From the NCBI RefSeq assembly GCF_009914755.1, contig NC_060936.1: DNA of 64,000 nucleotides, one strand, 5' to 3'. This document shows, piece after piece, positions 15,361 through 34,604 of this stretch. This DNA is from the human T2T-CHM13v2.0 reference genome, Homo sapiens. The notes beneath the pieces were generated by a model. It searched no databases. It saw only the letters and a list, made by a program, of their open reading frames with translations, and was not told the origin of the DNA. Made by a program: the position numbers and the translations under genes. The first letter of the stretch is position 1. Each line of letters starts with the position of its first letter.

Positions 15361-18300
15361 CAATGAAATTCAGACTGTGAGTGATGCAGTCTCTGGATGG
15401 GCCTTGAGGGCTTCAGAGGATCCTTGCTCTCCTGCTGGCTCCAGATGCCCCATCTCGGGCACACACAGTAGCATGGCGGGAAGCAGCGCTAAGCACAGGA
15501 GGTGAGGCTGAGGTAGCTGGTTGGGTCTAAACATTTCCCAGGGATAAATCAGAGTGGATCCACCCACAGACACTTCAGATGGGATCACTGAATGCATTCC
15601 TGCCTTGTCTCTGTAAAGCTGTGTCTGACATGAGGCATCCGGGTGATGCATTGTTTGCTTGTGTGTTTCCGTGAATGAGAACTTCTGTAGCCATGGAGCT
15701 GTGTTTTCCATGATCTTGAGAGGACAGGTCCCTTTGGCACCCAGTCTTGGCCTAGGAATTCTTGCCTCATTCTGAGGTGCATGGCTCCCAGCTGACCTGT
15801 AAGCACTAAATCAGCACACACTGATGATGAGGATGGTGACAATGACAATGAGGTCAGGAGAGCCATTATGCTAGGAGTGACTGACTCAGTGTAAATGGAG
15901 AACAGAAACCTCTTCCTGCTCTGCTTTAAGAGGTGTAGATATTTGAAAGCCCCGACGCAGGGGAATGAAAAATTAGGGCCCATGACTCATTCTTGACAAA
16001 GAATTAATCTCTTTGAAGGAAGACTCAGCAGAGGGCTCTTCTAATCAGCCAGCTCTCTTTGTGTGTGTTCAAAGTGCAATTGATTGGCATGTCTCTTGGA
16101 GGAGGGTTTCCAGAGTGTAAAACCAGATATATGACCGGGATGTCATGAGTAAGATAGTTTCCACTGAACAGACCAGGGCTGTGTCTGTGATGCAGGTTAC
16201 ATCCGAGCAGCCAGGACACCACTTTCCTCCCTTCCCAGAAAAGGGTAAAATGGCTTAGAAGGCCCACAGGCAGACGCCAGGATGACCTCTGCATGATCCT
16301 ACCTGTGGATATTCCGGCTGTTCTCCCATCTGGCCGTGAGGGAGAGGAATTCCCTTTAAAGGAAATGCCTGAAAGTGCTTTTCATTCACCCCTCAGCACT
16401 GGTTTATTAAGCAAGAGTTAGTCAACCTGGGGTGAGCCCAGAGACTAATGAAAATGACCAGTGAATTGGGAAACAGAGGTGGGAACAAAGGGGGAAGGAG
16501 CTATGACGGGAGACCAATGTCTTCCTTTGTCGTTGCTGCTCTTACCATCAGGGAGTAAACTTAATTGGCAAGAAGGATTCCATTGAGGACTTCTATGTTC
16601 TAATGGTGAACAGAAAAATATGCTTCTAAGGGAAGTTGTAGAGATTTCTGTAGATTCTTCCTGGAATGATTTAGGGGGTGTGATTCTGCAATAAATGGAA
16701 GTTTAAAAAAAATCTTTAAGATAAGCACCTATACTCTCTACCCTGATAATGCTCTTTAGGCATCATGGTATTTTACAGATTTAGGATGGAAATAGGGTTT
16801 CCCTGCACCTTTCAAAATTTCCCCCGGAAGGGACATGCCCACAGAGCCCCTCTGAAGTTGGACCTGCCATTGTTCATGTTCCTTCATTCTTTGCATCCAT
16901 TGCCCTTGCCTCTTGGTTTATGTGGAGTGTGCTTACGTGTTCATGGGTATATTTCTGGCTCTGCCAGGTGAGAGGGATTTTTCAAAGGTAAGCACATAAT
17001 TCAGTTGAATTCAACATGCATCTAATAATGTACCTACCCGCTTTTAATTTGTTCTGAAGTATTCAGGACCCTGCTATGCCACAGGTAATCTTAAACTGTA
17101 TTGCTGAGTGACTTTGCGGGGTTGCTGAGTGATATAGGGCACCTCTGAACAAATAATGAACTTTTGAAGACATTTTCCAAGGCATAGGTAACACAGGCTA
17201 AAGACAGTCACAGTTCACTCATCACTTTCTCATCACCGAGGAATGAACAAGAAGTCAAAGTAGGGGAAATAAAGCTTCAGAGACTAGCATAGGCTCCCAG
17301 GGTAAGGAAAGACAAAAGCAAAGATTGGAGGGAGTCCAGAGCTGGGGGAGGAGAGAACAGTCGGCTGAGCCACCTTGGGGGAAAAGCAGGCATTCCTCTT
17401 TTTCCCAATGTGGGCTGGAATTTCCAGGCTAAAGGGCGAGCATTGCACTGGCTGATGTCACCGTCCAGTAGATGCCTAGTTTAGGCGAGGAGCCAGCTCT
17501 GGTGTCTGCTGTTAGCACCCAGAGCAGTAGCTCCTTCACTAGAGGGCAAGCAAAGCAAGGAAAGACTGGAGTGGTGGGGAATGCGGTCAGTCTCATCTTG
17601 TTCATGCTGGCAGCACTCTCCCTCCCTCCTGGGGCCAGAGTGGGAGCTGATGGAGTCAGATTCCCTGAGTAAGACCACACCTCCCTAGCAATGCAGAAGA
17701 GCAGAGTTCCTAAGATGAGGCAGGTTGTTCCTTGGATCCTGGCTCTGCCTCTTACTCACCAAGTTAGTTAACTTTTCTGAGGCTTGGTTTCCTCATCTTT
17801 AAAATGAAGATAAAGTTTAGCAAGGCAGTTGGGTACAAGACCAAGGTACAGAAATCAATCATTTTCATGCATTACCTTTCAGTAATTAGAAAACGTGATG
17901 GAGAGAAAGGAGAAAGGAGTTCTAACTCATAACACAAAAACTCTGAGATGCCTAGGGATACCTAACAACAACAACAACAATAACAACACAACAAAATGCA
18001 CAAGAATAACCAGAAAACATTGAAGACAAACAATGAGTAGGACTTGCTGTATAAGAAACCAACATGTAAATAACAGAGTGAATGTCACCAAGATGGCAGA
18101 ATACAAGGTAACCTGTTCATATCCCCCCACAAGATATTCTGCACCCAACCACAGTCCAAAATCTCTCTGCAGGTTCAGACATCATTGCACATCCTTGAGC
18201 ATCGAGGATGTTCATGGAAAAGACCTCACCAAATGGACAAAATAAGGCACCAGAGACTGACCCTAAAGTAATAGAGAAAGCAGCATGTAATATAAAGATC

Positions 18301-18640
18301 TAGTAATCACAGTGGTGTGATCAGACAAAGAGATCAATGACACAGAAGATAAAGTGTATGAATTCAGCATGTAATAAAAATGGCATTTCAATGGTGGAAA
18401 AAGTAGGATGTTGATCTTTATGTAGCAGAAAAGTATGAAAATGAAAATAGCAATTACCCAAATTCATACTCCTCAGAATTAATCACTATTAGTATTTTGT
18501 CCTGGCAAGATGGCGAACCAGCTGGGGCTGTTATCTCCCTCCCACAGGATGAATCCTGAGAAACTGTAGAAACACATGAAAGGCACGGATACTAGGACGT
18601 ATGAATTTTTGTTGTTTATCTGTAGTTCAACTTTAACTGG

Positions 18641-18945
18641 GGTTTCAGTGCAGTGGTTCATGCCTATAATTCCAGCACTTTGGGAGGTTGAGGTGGAAGG
18701 ATCACTTGAGCCCAGGAGTTTGAAACCAGCCTGGACAAATAGTGAGAACCTAACTCTACAAAAATTACAAAAAAGAAGAAATTATCTAGGCATGGTGGTG
18801 CATGCCTGTGGTCACAGGTACTCAAGAGGCTGAGGCAAGAGGATCACTTCAGCCTGCGAAGTCCAGTCAGCAGGGAGCCATGATTGCACTACTCTACTCT
18901 AGCTTGGGTGACAGAATGAGACTATGTCTAAAAAAAAAACACAAC
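18641..18945 (+). mobile_element. Alu (AluJ-like)
   Basis: Dimer with A tail; TSD aa(c/a)tttaactggg. Confidence 0.9.
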
Positions 18946-19699
18946 AAATTTAACTGGGCTTCCTCTATTTTGTCTGGACAACCCTATTCACAGGAGACTG
19001 GGATGCCTGCTCCAAGTCTCAAGCCAGCTGGCATCTAGCTGGCCTCTCAGAGAGGGTAAGCATCTGGATTTCACTTGAGGGTAGTGAGGGACCCTGCCAG
19101 TAGCCTGCTGTCCTCGAGCTTTTTACCTGAGGGGGGAGAATGACTTTGCCTGGCACACTGGGAAGTTGTCCTAACAGCTTTTGGGACTTGAACAACGTGG
19201 CAGTTCCTACGCTCTGCTTCCACCATGCCTTTGACTTCAAACTCTAGACTGCAATGATAGAAAGGGAGGGGGTCACTAATTCCCCAAAGTCTCCTCCCAC
19301 TCCAAAGCTTCTGCTAATGACCTACTCAGTGGCAAGACCTTTGCTCACCCACAGACAACCATGGGAAGAAGGCCAGACCTCAACTACAGTAGTGACGCAT
19401 GGGAAAGAGTCTCTGCTGTGGCATCAAATGGGCAAAATATGACCATAACTGAAAGGGTTATTGTTGTTCTTCAGGAATTTTCTTTCACTTTGTATTCTTC
19501 TGCTCACGGATAAGACCTGATTAGCCAGTTTCTAGAATAAGCTTGTGTAAACATGGCCTAAAAGATAGAGAGTCTGTTTCCGTCTAAAAGTGAAAATTAC
19601 AACCCTGATGTTGATATCTGGTCAATTTGAATGAACGTCCAACCATCAATTTTTGCTTGTCAAAATTATCATGAAAGTTTACAGTTAAAATGTGCATGG

Positions 19700-19700
19700 T

Positions 19701-19731
<31 letters not shown>

Positions 19732-20031
19732 GCATCCTATCATCAAATGAGGAACTCCCTTAACCTTCATCATCCAGGCTGGAGTGCAGTGTTGCAATCA
19801 TAACTCACTGCCACTTCAGACACCTTGGCTCAAGTGATCCTCCTGCTTCGGCTTCCTAAGTAGCTAAAACTACAGGTGTGCACCACCATGCCCAACTAAT
19901 TTTTTAGTTTTTTTGTACAGACAGGGTCTGGCTATGTTGCCCAGGCTGGTGTCACACTCCTAAGCTCAAGTGATTCCTGCCTTGGCCTCCCAAAGTGTTG
20001 GGATTACAGTCATGAGCCGCTGTGCTCAGTC
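19700..20031 (-). mobile_element. Alu (AluJ-like); (GTTTT)n tail separated from the body by ~40 bp
   Basis: Alu body ~19771-20031. Confidence 0.85.
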
Positions 20032-20280
20032 CCCATGTTGATCTGAGTGTCGTCTGTCAGCGTGGACCATGTCGTCTCATGGACCATGTCATCTTTGCCA
20101 GCAGCACCTCAAAACAAACTCTCTAATTTTATAAAGAAATTTTATGAATTTATTTTATCTTTTTTTACAACTTCACTTTTTCTAAGGGTTGTTGAGGTAT
20201 AATGTACAGACAGTCAAAGTCACTGTTTTTAGGTGTACAGTCATAAACATTCTAACCAGCCTTTCCCAAGATAAGTTCTT

Positions 20281-20580
20281 TTTTTCTTTTCTTTTTTAGA
20301 TGGAGTTCTTGCTCTGTTGCCCAGGCTGGAGTGCAGTGGCATTATCTTGGCTCACTGCAACCTCCACCTCCCAGACTCAAGTGATTCTTGTGCCTCAGCC
20401 TCCTGAGTAGCTGGAATTACAGGTGCATAACACCATGCCCAGCTAATTTTTGTATTTTTAGTAAAGACGGGGTTTCTTCTTGTTGACCAGGCTGGTCTCA
20501 AACACCTGGCCTTAAGTGATCCACCTGCCTCGACCTCCCAAAGTGCTGGGATTAACAGGTGTGAGCCACCAAGTCCGGCC
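20281..20580 (-). mobile_element. Alu (AluS-like)
   Basis: Full dimer; TSD cca(a/g)gataagttctt with a TT|AA endonuclease site. Confidence 0.92.
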
Positions 20581-21275
20581 CCAGGATAAGTTCTTAAGTT
20601 CAGCCCATGTATCTTTGAGTTGTGTCAAAACCATTCCAAAACATATGGCACTGCATGGCTTTAAATCCATACACTGAGATTTGAGGATGCTCCTTTACTG
20701 TATCTATTAGTTTGAATGATGGATTTTAGAAGTTTATATCAGAGCAAGCATTGGTGGCAAAAGTCTTAATAATCATAGAGTCAGGGCAAGCACCTGCTTC
20801 TTACCAAGTGTTTCTGATCTGCAGGGTCAGTGCAATATTTCCCTGGTGGTGGGGAGCCAGGGAGAGAGGGAGTCTCAGAGATCAGTGTGGGGTCAAGCCA
20901 CCAAATGATGGGGCTGAAAAATAAAAAATATAAATGAATCTTAGTTATCAGATTATGCTGATCCAGATTCCAGGAATTAGCTTCCCTTTTTGTTCTGATG
21001 CTTTATAAAAGACTCCATTTGTGGAAAAATTCCCAAGTGGTGAGGGCTGAGTAGTTGGTGATTGTCCACCGGAGTGTCCGACAGAATCACATAATGTTGA
21101 CTGATGGAGTAGGCTGTGGAGGGGGAGCTCCCGACTCATCCTCCATGATGACTGGTCAGTGGGGAGAGCAGCAGTTCCCCAAAGATAAGAAACCATTTGT
21201 GGGGTGCGAATGTTTCTAAACCAGGAAGTGGTCAGCAATACAATCTAACACAACATGTTCACATTCTCAATATGC

Positions 21276-21281
21276 TTTATT
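21276..21281 (-). terminator. KRT6B polyadenylation signal AATAAA
   Basis: ~515 nt after the stop, followed by GT-rich tgttgtgtt. Confidence 0.8.
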
Positions 21282-21796
21282 CAACAGAACAAAAGAAGGC
21301 AAAGAGAGCAGAGAAAGCAGTGCAGGAATGCAGACTGCATCAGAAGGTACATCACTTGCCATTCAGGGACACTGCAAGAGAAGATCAGGACAACTGACTT
21401 GTCAGATGAGAACTCCTGAGTGTAGCTATAATGGGCAGGATGGTTAGCAATTAAAGAGAGGACTCCTCATCTGCAGCTGGACCTAGACTGAGTTTCAGTT
21501 CTTATGGGGATATAGGTCATTTTCTTCTCAGAATTATGGCAGACTCAGATACCTGTAATAATACGGGAACTAAAAAGGACATTCGCATGTCTGAGTGCTG
21601 ATAACTGTTGACTTGATGGTAAGCAACAGGAGCTCAGTGGAACAGGTATTGATGAGAAGAAAAGTGAGGGCATCCCAGCTCTACCCGGGAGGGCAGGGGA
21701 GACTGGAGGCCAGGGGAGGACAAGCAACCTGAGGAGAGGGCTCTGCTGCCAGAGAGGGGCCTGAGAGCTGTGGGACTGAGAGCTGGCGGCAGCACT

Positions 21797-22075
<279 letters not shown>

Positions 22076-22145
22076 TCATCCTGCCGGCCTGAGCCCAGTC
22101 AGGAGAGTGCAAGGGCAGGGGAGGAAGGCAAACAAAGGTACTTAC

Positions 22146-22180
22146 AGATGTTGACTTGTCCAACGCCTTCGCCATTCAGC
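22146..22180 (-). CDS. KRT6B: Keratin 6B exon 8 (35 bp)
   Basis: LNGEGVGQVNI; cag/gtaagt borders. Confidence 0.95.
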
Positions 22181-22353
22181 CTGTGGAGAGGAACACAGGG
22201 AGGGTGAGACCTTCCCTGGACGAGCATGGGAAGCCTCAGTGGGTGGGAAAGTCCATGGGAAAACTTTTAGTTTTCTCCCAAGAAGAGCAATTATGGCCTT
22301 GGGCAGTGCACCTTAAAGTTGTGCTCAGTGCCAGAACCTTGAAGATGGACTCA

Positions 22354-22605
<252 letters not shown>

Positions 22606-23442
22606 CTAGGAGGGCAAAGGAAGAGAAAGAACTTGTCATCTGGTCTTCCAGAGAAGAATAAACCTGGCTGGTTCTTTTCCAGTGAAGAAGGCACCAGGAA
22701 CCCAGAACTGATGGTAAATGAGCTCTGACTCTTCCTGTCTAGCCTTTTTACTGTCTTCAAAGTTTTTACGTCTGGAGTCACATGATAAAATCCTGTGCCC
22801 TTTCTGTTAACTCCACTGCCTAAAGATGTGGGTGATGACCAATGGAAGATGCCACAGTGGACACAAGACCAAGGACATTAAGTGTTGGCTCCAAAGAAAA
22901 AAAACCAAAACCATTTTTGATGATCTTACATGGATGCCACAATAATTTGCAAACGTTGTCAACTGAGGTGATGAGTTTTCACATGAGGCTGTTGTGACCT
23001 TGCCTTCCTCCTGCCTCACATCCTCTCACCCGCTTGGGCCACGTTTTCCTTCCTCATAGCCCTGGTTTCACTTGCTTTTTCACCGTGAACCTTGAGCAGA
23101 TTTGCAGCAATGTTACTGATGCTTTCTGACCTGACATCTTGCCCAACTTGGTCCTTTGCAATTCCAAAGTCAATCAGTCTTCTTACATAAGCCCTTCCAA
23201 TGCCTCTAGACTATACTTTTACAGCTTTGACCAGCTGAGAGTGCTTCTGCCCAGGTGATTGTTTCATATCCTTGGGTGTGATCCATGTCTCTGAGCCAGA
23301 GTGTTCTCACTGAGCCTAGGAACTGCATGTCTTTCCTTCTCTGCTTATCAATCAATTCCCAAAGAATTTTACTAAATGATGGGTGACTACTGCCTCATGA
23401 CCTAATAAAAAAAATGATGCTTTTCTCCTCCATTGCCCCTCA

Positions 23443-23616
<174 letters not shown>

Positions 23617-23943
23617 TTACCTGGGAGCGATGACTTTCACTTGTGTATCATGCATGTCATGAAGTGGACCTAATGGCTTCTCCCCAAGAAACTTGAGGAA
23701 AAGTTGATGTTATGTGGTGGGTGGATACTAAACACTGGAGTCACAGACCATCCTTATTATGGCACCACTGCCTGCCTAGTTTTCTTAGGGAGTAGAAATG
23801 TTCTGTACCAATTTCTAAAAGTCAGCAACCAAGGTGAAGCTAAAAGCACAGATGACTATGTCCTTGTCTATCGTAGCTTGCCTCCTGCATTGGGTTGTTT
23901 TTCCTCCTTGACTTGGGCATAAGTTCCGCAAATGTCTACTCTA

Positions 23944-24496
<553 letters not shown>

Positions 24497-24618
24497 TCAC
24501 CTTTCCAATCCACCCATCTTCTAGTCCTCCTGCCAATTCTCCTCTCCCAGGGGAGCGAGGACACAGAGCCACTTCTCTCCTTCTAAATGAATTTGAACCC
24601 CTGGCTTCATCTGCTCAC

Positions 24619-24679
24619 CTTCTTCAGAGTCACAAATTCATTCTCTGCTGCTGTGCGCTTGTTGATTTCATCCTCATAT
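24619..24679 (-). CDS. KRT6B: Keratin 6B exon 3 (61 bp)
   Basis: [20 protein letters not shown]. Confidence 0.96.
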
Positions 24680-25011
24680 CTACAGGAAGAAAGGCATGGG
24701 ACACATTTGAGCCAGTGGGTAGGATGAAACAGAAAAGCAGCTTGGGATTCAACATTTTCCTGAATGGAATATATTCTAATTGAGCTTTCCTGCCACAGAG
24801 AGCCAAAGAGATGAATTTTGCTACTACTAAATTTGCCACTTCTTTAATCTCCCCATCCTCCCATAACCATCTGTGGTTCTTGCAGGTTTGCTCCTAGGGA
24901 CTAATTTGTGCTTTTCATTTCCATGGACATGGGTTGTTAGGAATCCTACACACATCTGGCCCTGGTCACCCAATAGTCTTGAAGTGTGTGCTGCAGGAAA
25001 TGGAGTCCTCA

Positions 25012-25473
<462 letters not shown>

Positions 25474-25938
25474 TCAACATTTCTTCTTTTCTTTTTCCAA
25501 GCACAATCACAAATCTAGTTTAAAAATACTAATTACCTGATATATTGTACACAGTTTTTTTTACCGAGAGGATCTTAGTTAGGAGGGATATTAGATGTTG
25601 ACTCATGATTACATTTCAGTCTACTTTCCCATTTAGTGTCTCCTCTCAAATATTCTGATGTTATGGTCATTCTCTGTTTTTAAAATTAATTAGCATTTAT
25701 CCATGGTTTACAGTTGTTTCTATGTCCCTTTTTTTCTTAATCCAGCCAGATTATCTTTTCCTTTTCTTTCTAAATCTTTTTCCTCTTACCCAGACCCCAG
25801 AGTGTAATTTACCAGCCCATATACTCCTGGCATTTGCTTTGTAATCTCTTAAACACTTCAGAGGGGAGAATTAACCTACTCCACTCTCTGATGGCCTCAT
25901 CTGTGCTTCAGGGTTATGAAAAGTTACGGCTCTCCCTA

Positions 25939-26706
<768 letters not shown>

Positions 26707-26777
26707 TTAGGAGAGTGTGAGAGGCTGGAGGCGAGAGGGAGGAGAAGCAGGACGAGGAATCGGACTCCAGTAGCAGC

Positions 26778-26784
26778 TTATATA
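26778..26784 (-). promoter_or_regulatory. KRT6B TATA box (TATATAA)
   Basis: 93 nt upstream of the ATG. Confidence 0.85.
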
Positions 26785-28171
26785 TGGAGAGCATGGGCTG
26801 GGCCCAGTCCTGGAAGGTGAGCTTGCAGGTTGGGAAGGGCTGGGCTTTACAAATAGTGAGATCACACCTGCATTATTACAAAAGTTATGAAATACCGAGA
26901 TTGCATTTTTCGCTTCCTTTAGTCAGGCAAAATGTTCCTGCCTCCAGCTTTGACTCGAGATCTCAGCACAATAAGAGTATTCTCAATTCATGAAGTTGGA
27001 ATTAGTCACTGTCTTCAGCAAAGGTTCTGCATGCTAGGCTGTTTATCGACATGCCCTGAGTGCCCTCCTCTTCCCAGTCTGACTTTCTTCCAGCCTTGCT
27101 GTTGGAGATCACAGGCACTGTATTGTGAATTCCTTAACAGAAATATTACAATTTCCCCATAATTGTTTCACCTTTTAGGTGCAATTTTAAACAGGTAGAG
27201 AAGCAGAACACTGCAATGGGCCTGTATATACCTGTCACCTGCTTCCATGATGATCATCTCATGGCCAGCCTGATTTCTTTCATACTTCAACCCTATTTCC
27301 TCTTCCATTCTAGATTGTTTGAAAGGAAATTCCAGAAGTCATATTATGTCTTCAATCAATAATTCAATATTAATATCTAAATAATAGGTCCTTTAAAAAA
27401 TCAAAACACTATTTTTATATCTTAAAAATTTACATACTAATTAAAATGAACAAGTGTCTATTTAGTCTTCAAGCAGTCCTATTTTTGATATATATTTCTT
27501 ATATTTTGGTGTCCCAGAGTCAAAATAAGCTCTATAAACGTTGTATTTGAGTGATATATCCTTTAAATCATTGAAATTTAAAAATCTCCCTTCATTTCTT
27601 ACTTTTATTTGTTAAATAAAACAGGTTAACTGTTCATTGTACTTTTTCATTCTTGGGATTTTTCTAATTGCATACCCCTATTGTTTCCTTTAATATGAGA
27701 CTCTAACCTTCATATTTCATATTAAAATTAGAAACTTATTAAGATTCTGTCTATATTTAAACATTCTAGAAGTAAATGTAGTAGATTGCCCATTTAAATT
27801 TTGAATAGTACTATTTGCACAATTATTTACATGTTTACAAATTGAATACATGATACATGTTTTAAAAAATTTTTTGTAAAACATGCTAAACAACAAAATA
27901 ATATAGCTCAAGGCCATTCCCCAGTTACCCAATTCCTATCTATGGAGGAAGTAATGTTAGCAGTTCCTTGTGTATCCTTGTATCTTTACTTGGATATTTT
28001 CCTGTGCTTTTCCTGGGCCATGGGTGACATGTCTGTGCATATGTGTTTGTGTCAACGTGTGTTTGTATGGGTGAGGAAGAGGTGGAGGGAGTTGGCATAT
28101 ATAGAGAGGGAGCCTGCATTGTAGAAAGGTATATAAATAAATACATGAATGTTTTGTGTGTATGTGTTTGA

Positions 28172-28735
<564 letters not shown>

Positions 28736-29604
28736 AATTTGACCTTCATTTCTAAGCAGGACTTTGTTGTTATCTCTACCCCTTTTCTGTGCTCCACAAA
28801 TGAATATTTTATCTTTTACCTGTCTCACTATATTTTGTCTTCTTTTTCCCACTTTATAGTGTTTATTTTTTAGTATTTTATTGTGCCTTTTTCTGTTGAG
28901 AGTTTTTATGAGTCTTTTTTTTTTTTTGCCTATTTTTTTCAATTTTGAATGCACAGACCTTTTCTGAGTCCTGGCATGGTTCCTTTCTGACTAGTGCTTA
29001 TTTTTAATGAGATGAGCCCCCTCTGGACCTGCGGTTTGTAGAAAGTATTATGGGTGGAGGAGCCAGGGCCATATCCAGGCTAACAGGAGTTCTGATTGTG
29101 ACACAGGGCTGTGTGAATAGTTCTTTTATTCTTTCATTCAGCCAAACCAATAAAGATCACTGCAGAGTGGCTCACAATTTACAGCCTCTTTGTTTTCTTT
29201 GCCTCACAACAAAATGCTACTAGTTGACCTTGTCTCTCTTCTTATTCAAATTTGCCTTCATAGTTTCTTGAAACTTCATGACAAGCAGGGTCCTGGCTCG
29301 TGCTCACACACCCAGTTGTGATAGTTGCAAATAAGGGATTCTTGGATTTTCACAGGAGGACATGCCCTTTACATTGATTTAGTTGAGGAAAATGAGTCAA
29401 CTGTGCCTGGCATGTAGTAAAACCTCACTGTTAGGCTGTGTTTGGTTTTCCTTTGTGGTTACTGTGTTGTTTGATTTTGATCTGTTTATTTGTGAGTGTT
29501 CTCCACTGGCTTTGTCTGAGATTGGCAGCCGTGGCATCTGCTCTCTGAGTTTTCCTAACAACCTTGTTTGTATTTCTCTATTTATGTGAGGACATTCTAT
29601 TATT

Positions 29605-29642
<38 letters not shown>
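29605..29642. repeat. (ATC)n microsatellite, ~12 units
   Basis: Direct read. Confidence 0.95.
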
Positions 29643-31534
29643 TTGGTTTAGGGATTTTAAGATCTTTTACTTCTGGTTTTTGAGGGTAGAGTCTGCCTTT
29701 ATGTTTTTTGTTCTCTTTGTTGTTTTTAGGCAATTTCTGAGAAGAGGAAAGGGCTTCCCTTTCTTCCACTAGATTAAGTTCAGAAGCCACTCATTTATAT
29801 TTAAAATATCATATTATGTAAAATGTTAATCCAATAACCTAAGTTTGAAATATTATTTTTTTCCTCTCTTGCACTTTGTTAATATAGATGTTTCATTGTT
29901 CTGTAGGGCCTCTATCTTCCCTTGAGCTGTTTTTGAGTAACTTGAATGCTTTCCATAAAACATCATTTTTACTATCACTAGAAATTTAATCTCAAGCTAT
30001 ATTTGTGTTTTTCTCAGTGTAATAAGCCACTTCATTGCTAAAACAAACTTTGTATTATTGAAAATTTCCAACAGGTAAAGAGAACAGTATATAAACCTCC
30101 ATGAATGAATTATGCAGATTAAACAGTTATCAACATTTTTCTCATTATTGTTCCATTTAACTCCCCTAGTCTTTTTATATCTAACTCCCCTACTTCTTTT
30201 CTTAAAATATCTTAAAGGAAATCTAGACATCAAGACATTTCACTTGTCAATATTTGTATATATAGCTGAGTAGTAGTGAATTTATAATCTAGTTGTGTAA
30301 CAGTATTAAATCTATCCAATACCTCCTTCATATTTTCATTTCTCTGATTATCTCAAAAATTTCTCTTTGTAGCTGGCTTATTCCAAGCAACAACCTAATT
30401 AGGTTCATATATTACATTCGGCTGCCATGTCTTTTAAGGTTATTTATTCTGTAATGAACCCTGTCTTTTTCTTTTATTTGCCATTGATTTGTGGAATTTT
30501 TGTTTGTTTGTTTCTATAGAATGTTCATATTCTGGATTTGACTCATTGCTTCCTGTTGGTATCACATAACGCCTTCTCTCCCCTAGTTTTTCCTATGTGT
30601 TGGTAGTTGTAGTGAAGACTTGATTAGATTTGTTCCCATTGTGGCAGGCAAGATTATGCAATAGCTGGTGCTATGTACATCCTCTTGCACCATATCATAA
30701 GATATGTAATAGTAATTGCCTACTTTTTGTGCTGTTAAGACTGATTAGGGGATTTCAGTGGGTTCAACCCAATCCCTCCATTATAAACCACTGCACACAA
30801 TACAATTTTCATCTGATATATTAATATTCATTGATTCCATCAATTTCCAGATTCACTGCTTCATTAGAGGTTGCAAAATGGCATCTTGCTGATTTTATCA
30901 TGCCTTCTGTGTTTATTAGTTGGGATTCCTCTACAAAGAAGGACTCTTCATCATTTACCTTTTAGGTAACCTAACATTTAATTCATACAAGAAACTTAGA
31001 ATAAGTGTTTGACTCTTTCCCTTTATTTATCAGTTTTCAGATAATAGATTGGTTCTCTAGCAATCTTCAAAGGTAACCAAGAAGGTATTTTTGTTGTGAT
31101 ATAATTATAAATTCACAGTTTAACAAAAAATATATTTGATATGTTTCAGTCCACTGCAGTCCATTCATTCTTTTGGCACTTAAATGGTCCTATTTGAAGC
31201 AATGGAAGTTCTTTAGATTGGCTTCTGTGTCCTTTGACAGGACCTCATTTGGTTTCGATAGGTTTCTTGTTTTCTAGGACCAGATGTCTCAGGCCTACTT
31301 TGTACTCATGCAATGGACATGAAATCACCTATTTCTCCTTGTAGATCTAGTTGCTTTTATTGGGAAATGATATACATCAACTAGAATTCGGCTGCTAGGA
31401 GCCCTTTTTATTACTGAGTTGCCTTTGCTGTGAAGTCTTTTCAATGGTCGGAGCTAGGAAAATGTACAAATATGTTTAAAAAGATAGCAAATCAGAAGCT
31501 TATACTGATATTTCAATTCAAATAGAAGATTATA

Positions 31535-31589
31535 TTAGGTTGGTGCAAAAGTTATGGCAAAAACAGTAATTACTTTTGCCCCAACCTAA
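31535..31589. mobile_element. MADE1 (Hsmar1 mariner MITE), internally deleted
   Basis: TA|TTAGGTTGGTGCAAAAG...CTTTTGCCCCAACCTAA|TA; inverted ends and TA TSD. Confidence 0.88.
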
Positions 31590-31704
31590 TAGAATAATGC
31601 ATACCTGTATTTAAATTTTCTCACACTGATAAGTTTGGCTCTAAATGACATTAACATATGGTTTATCTGCTTTATCCTACAACATACTTATACTAGTATC
31701 AAGA

Positions 31705-34602
<2,898 letters not shown>

Positions 34603-34604
34603 GC

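Noticed and set aside
9000-21200. Possible hidden keratin pseudogene or extra gene between KRT75 and KRT6B
   Set aside because: No rod-domain motifs or keratin-sized exons seen in any frame; a spliced lncRNA cannot be excluded without transcript data
29397-29790. Poly-Met and poly-Asp ORFs
   Set aside because: Translations of the (ATC)n microsatellite
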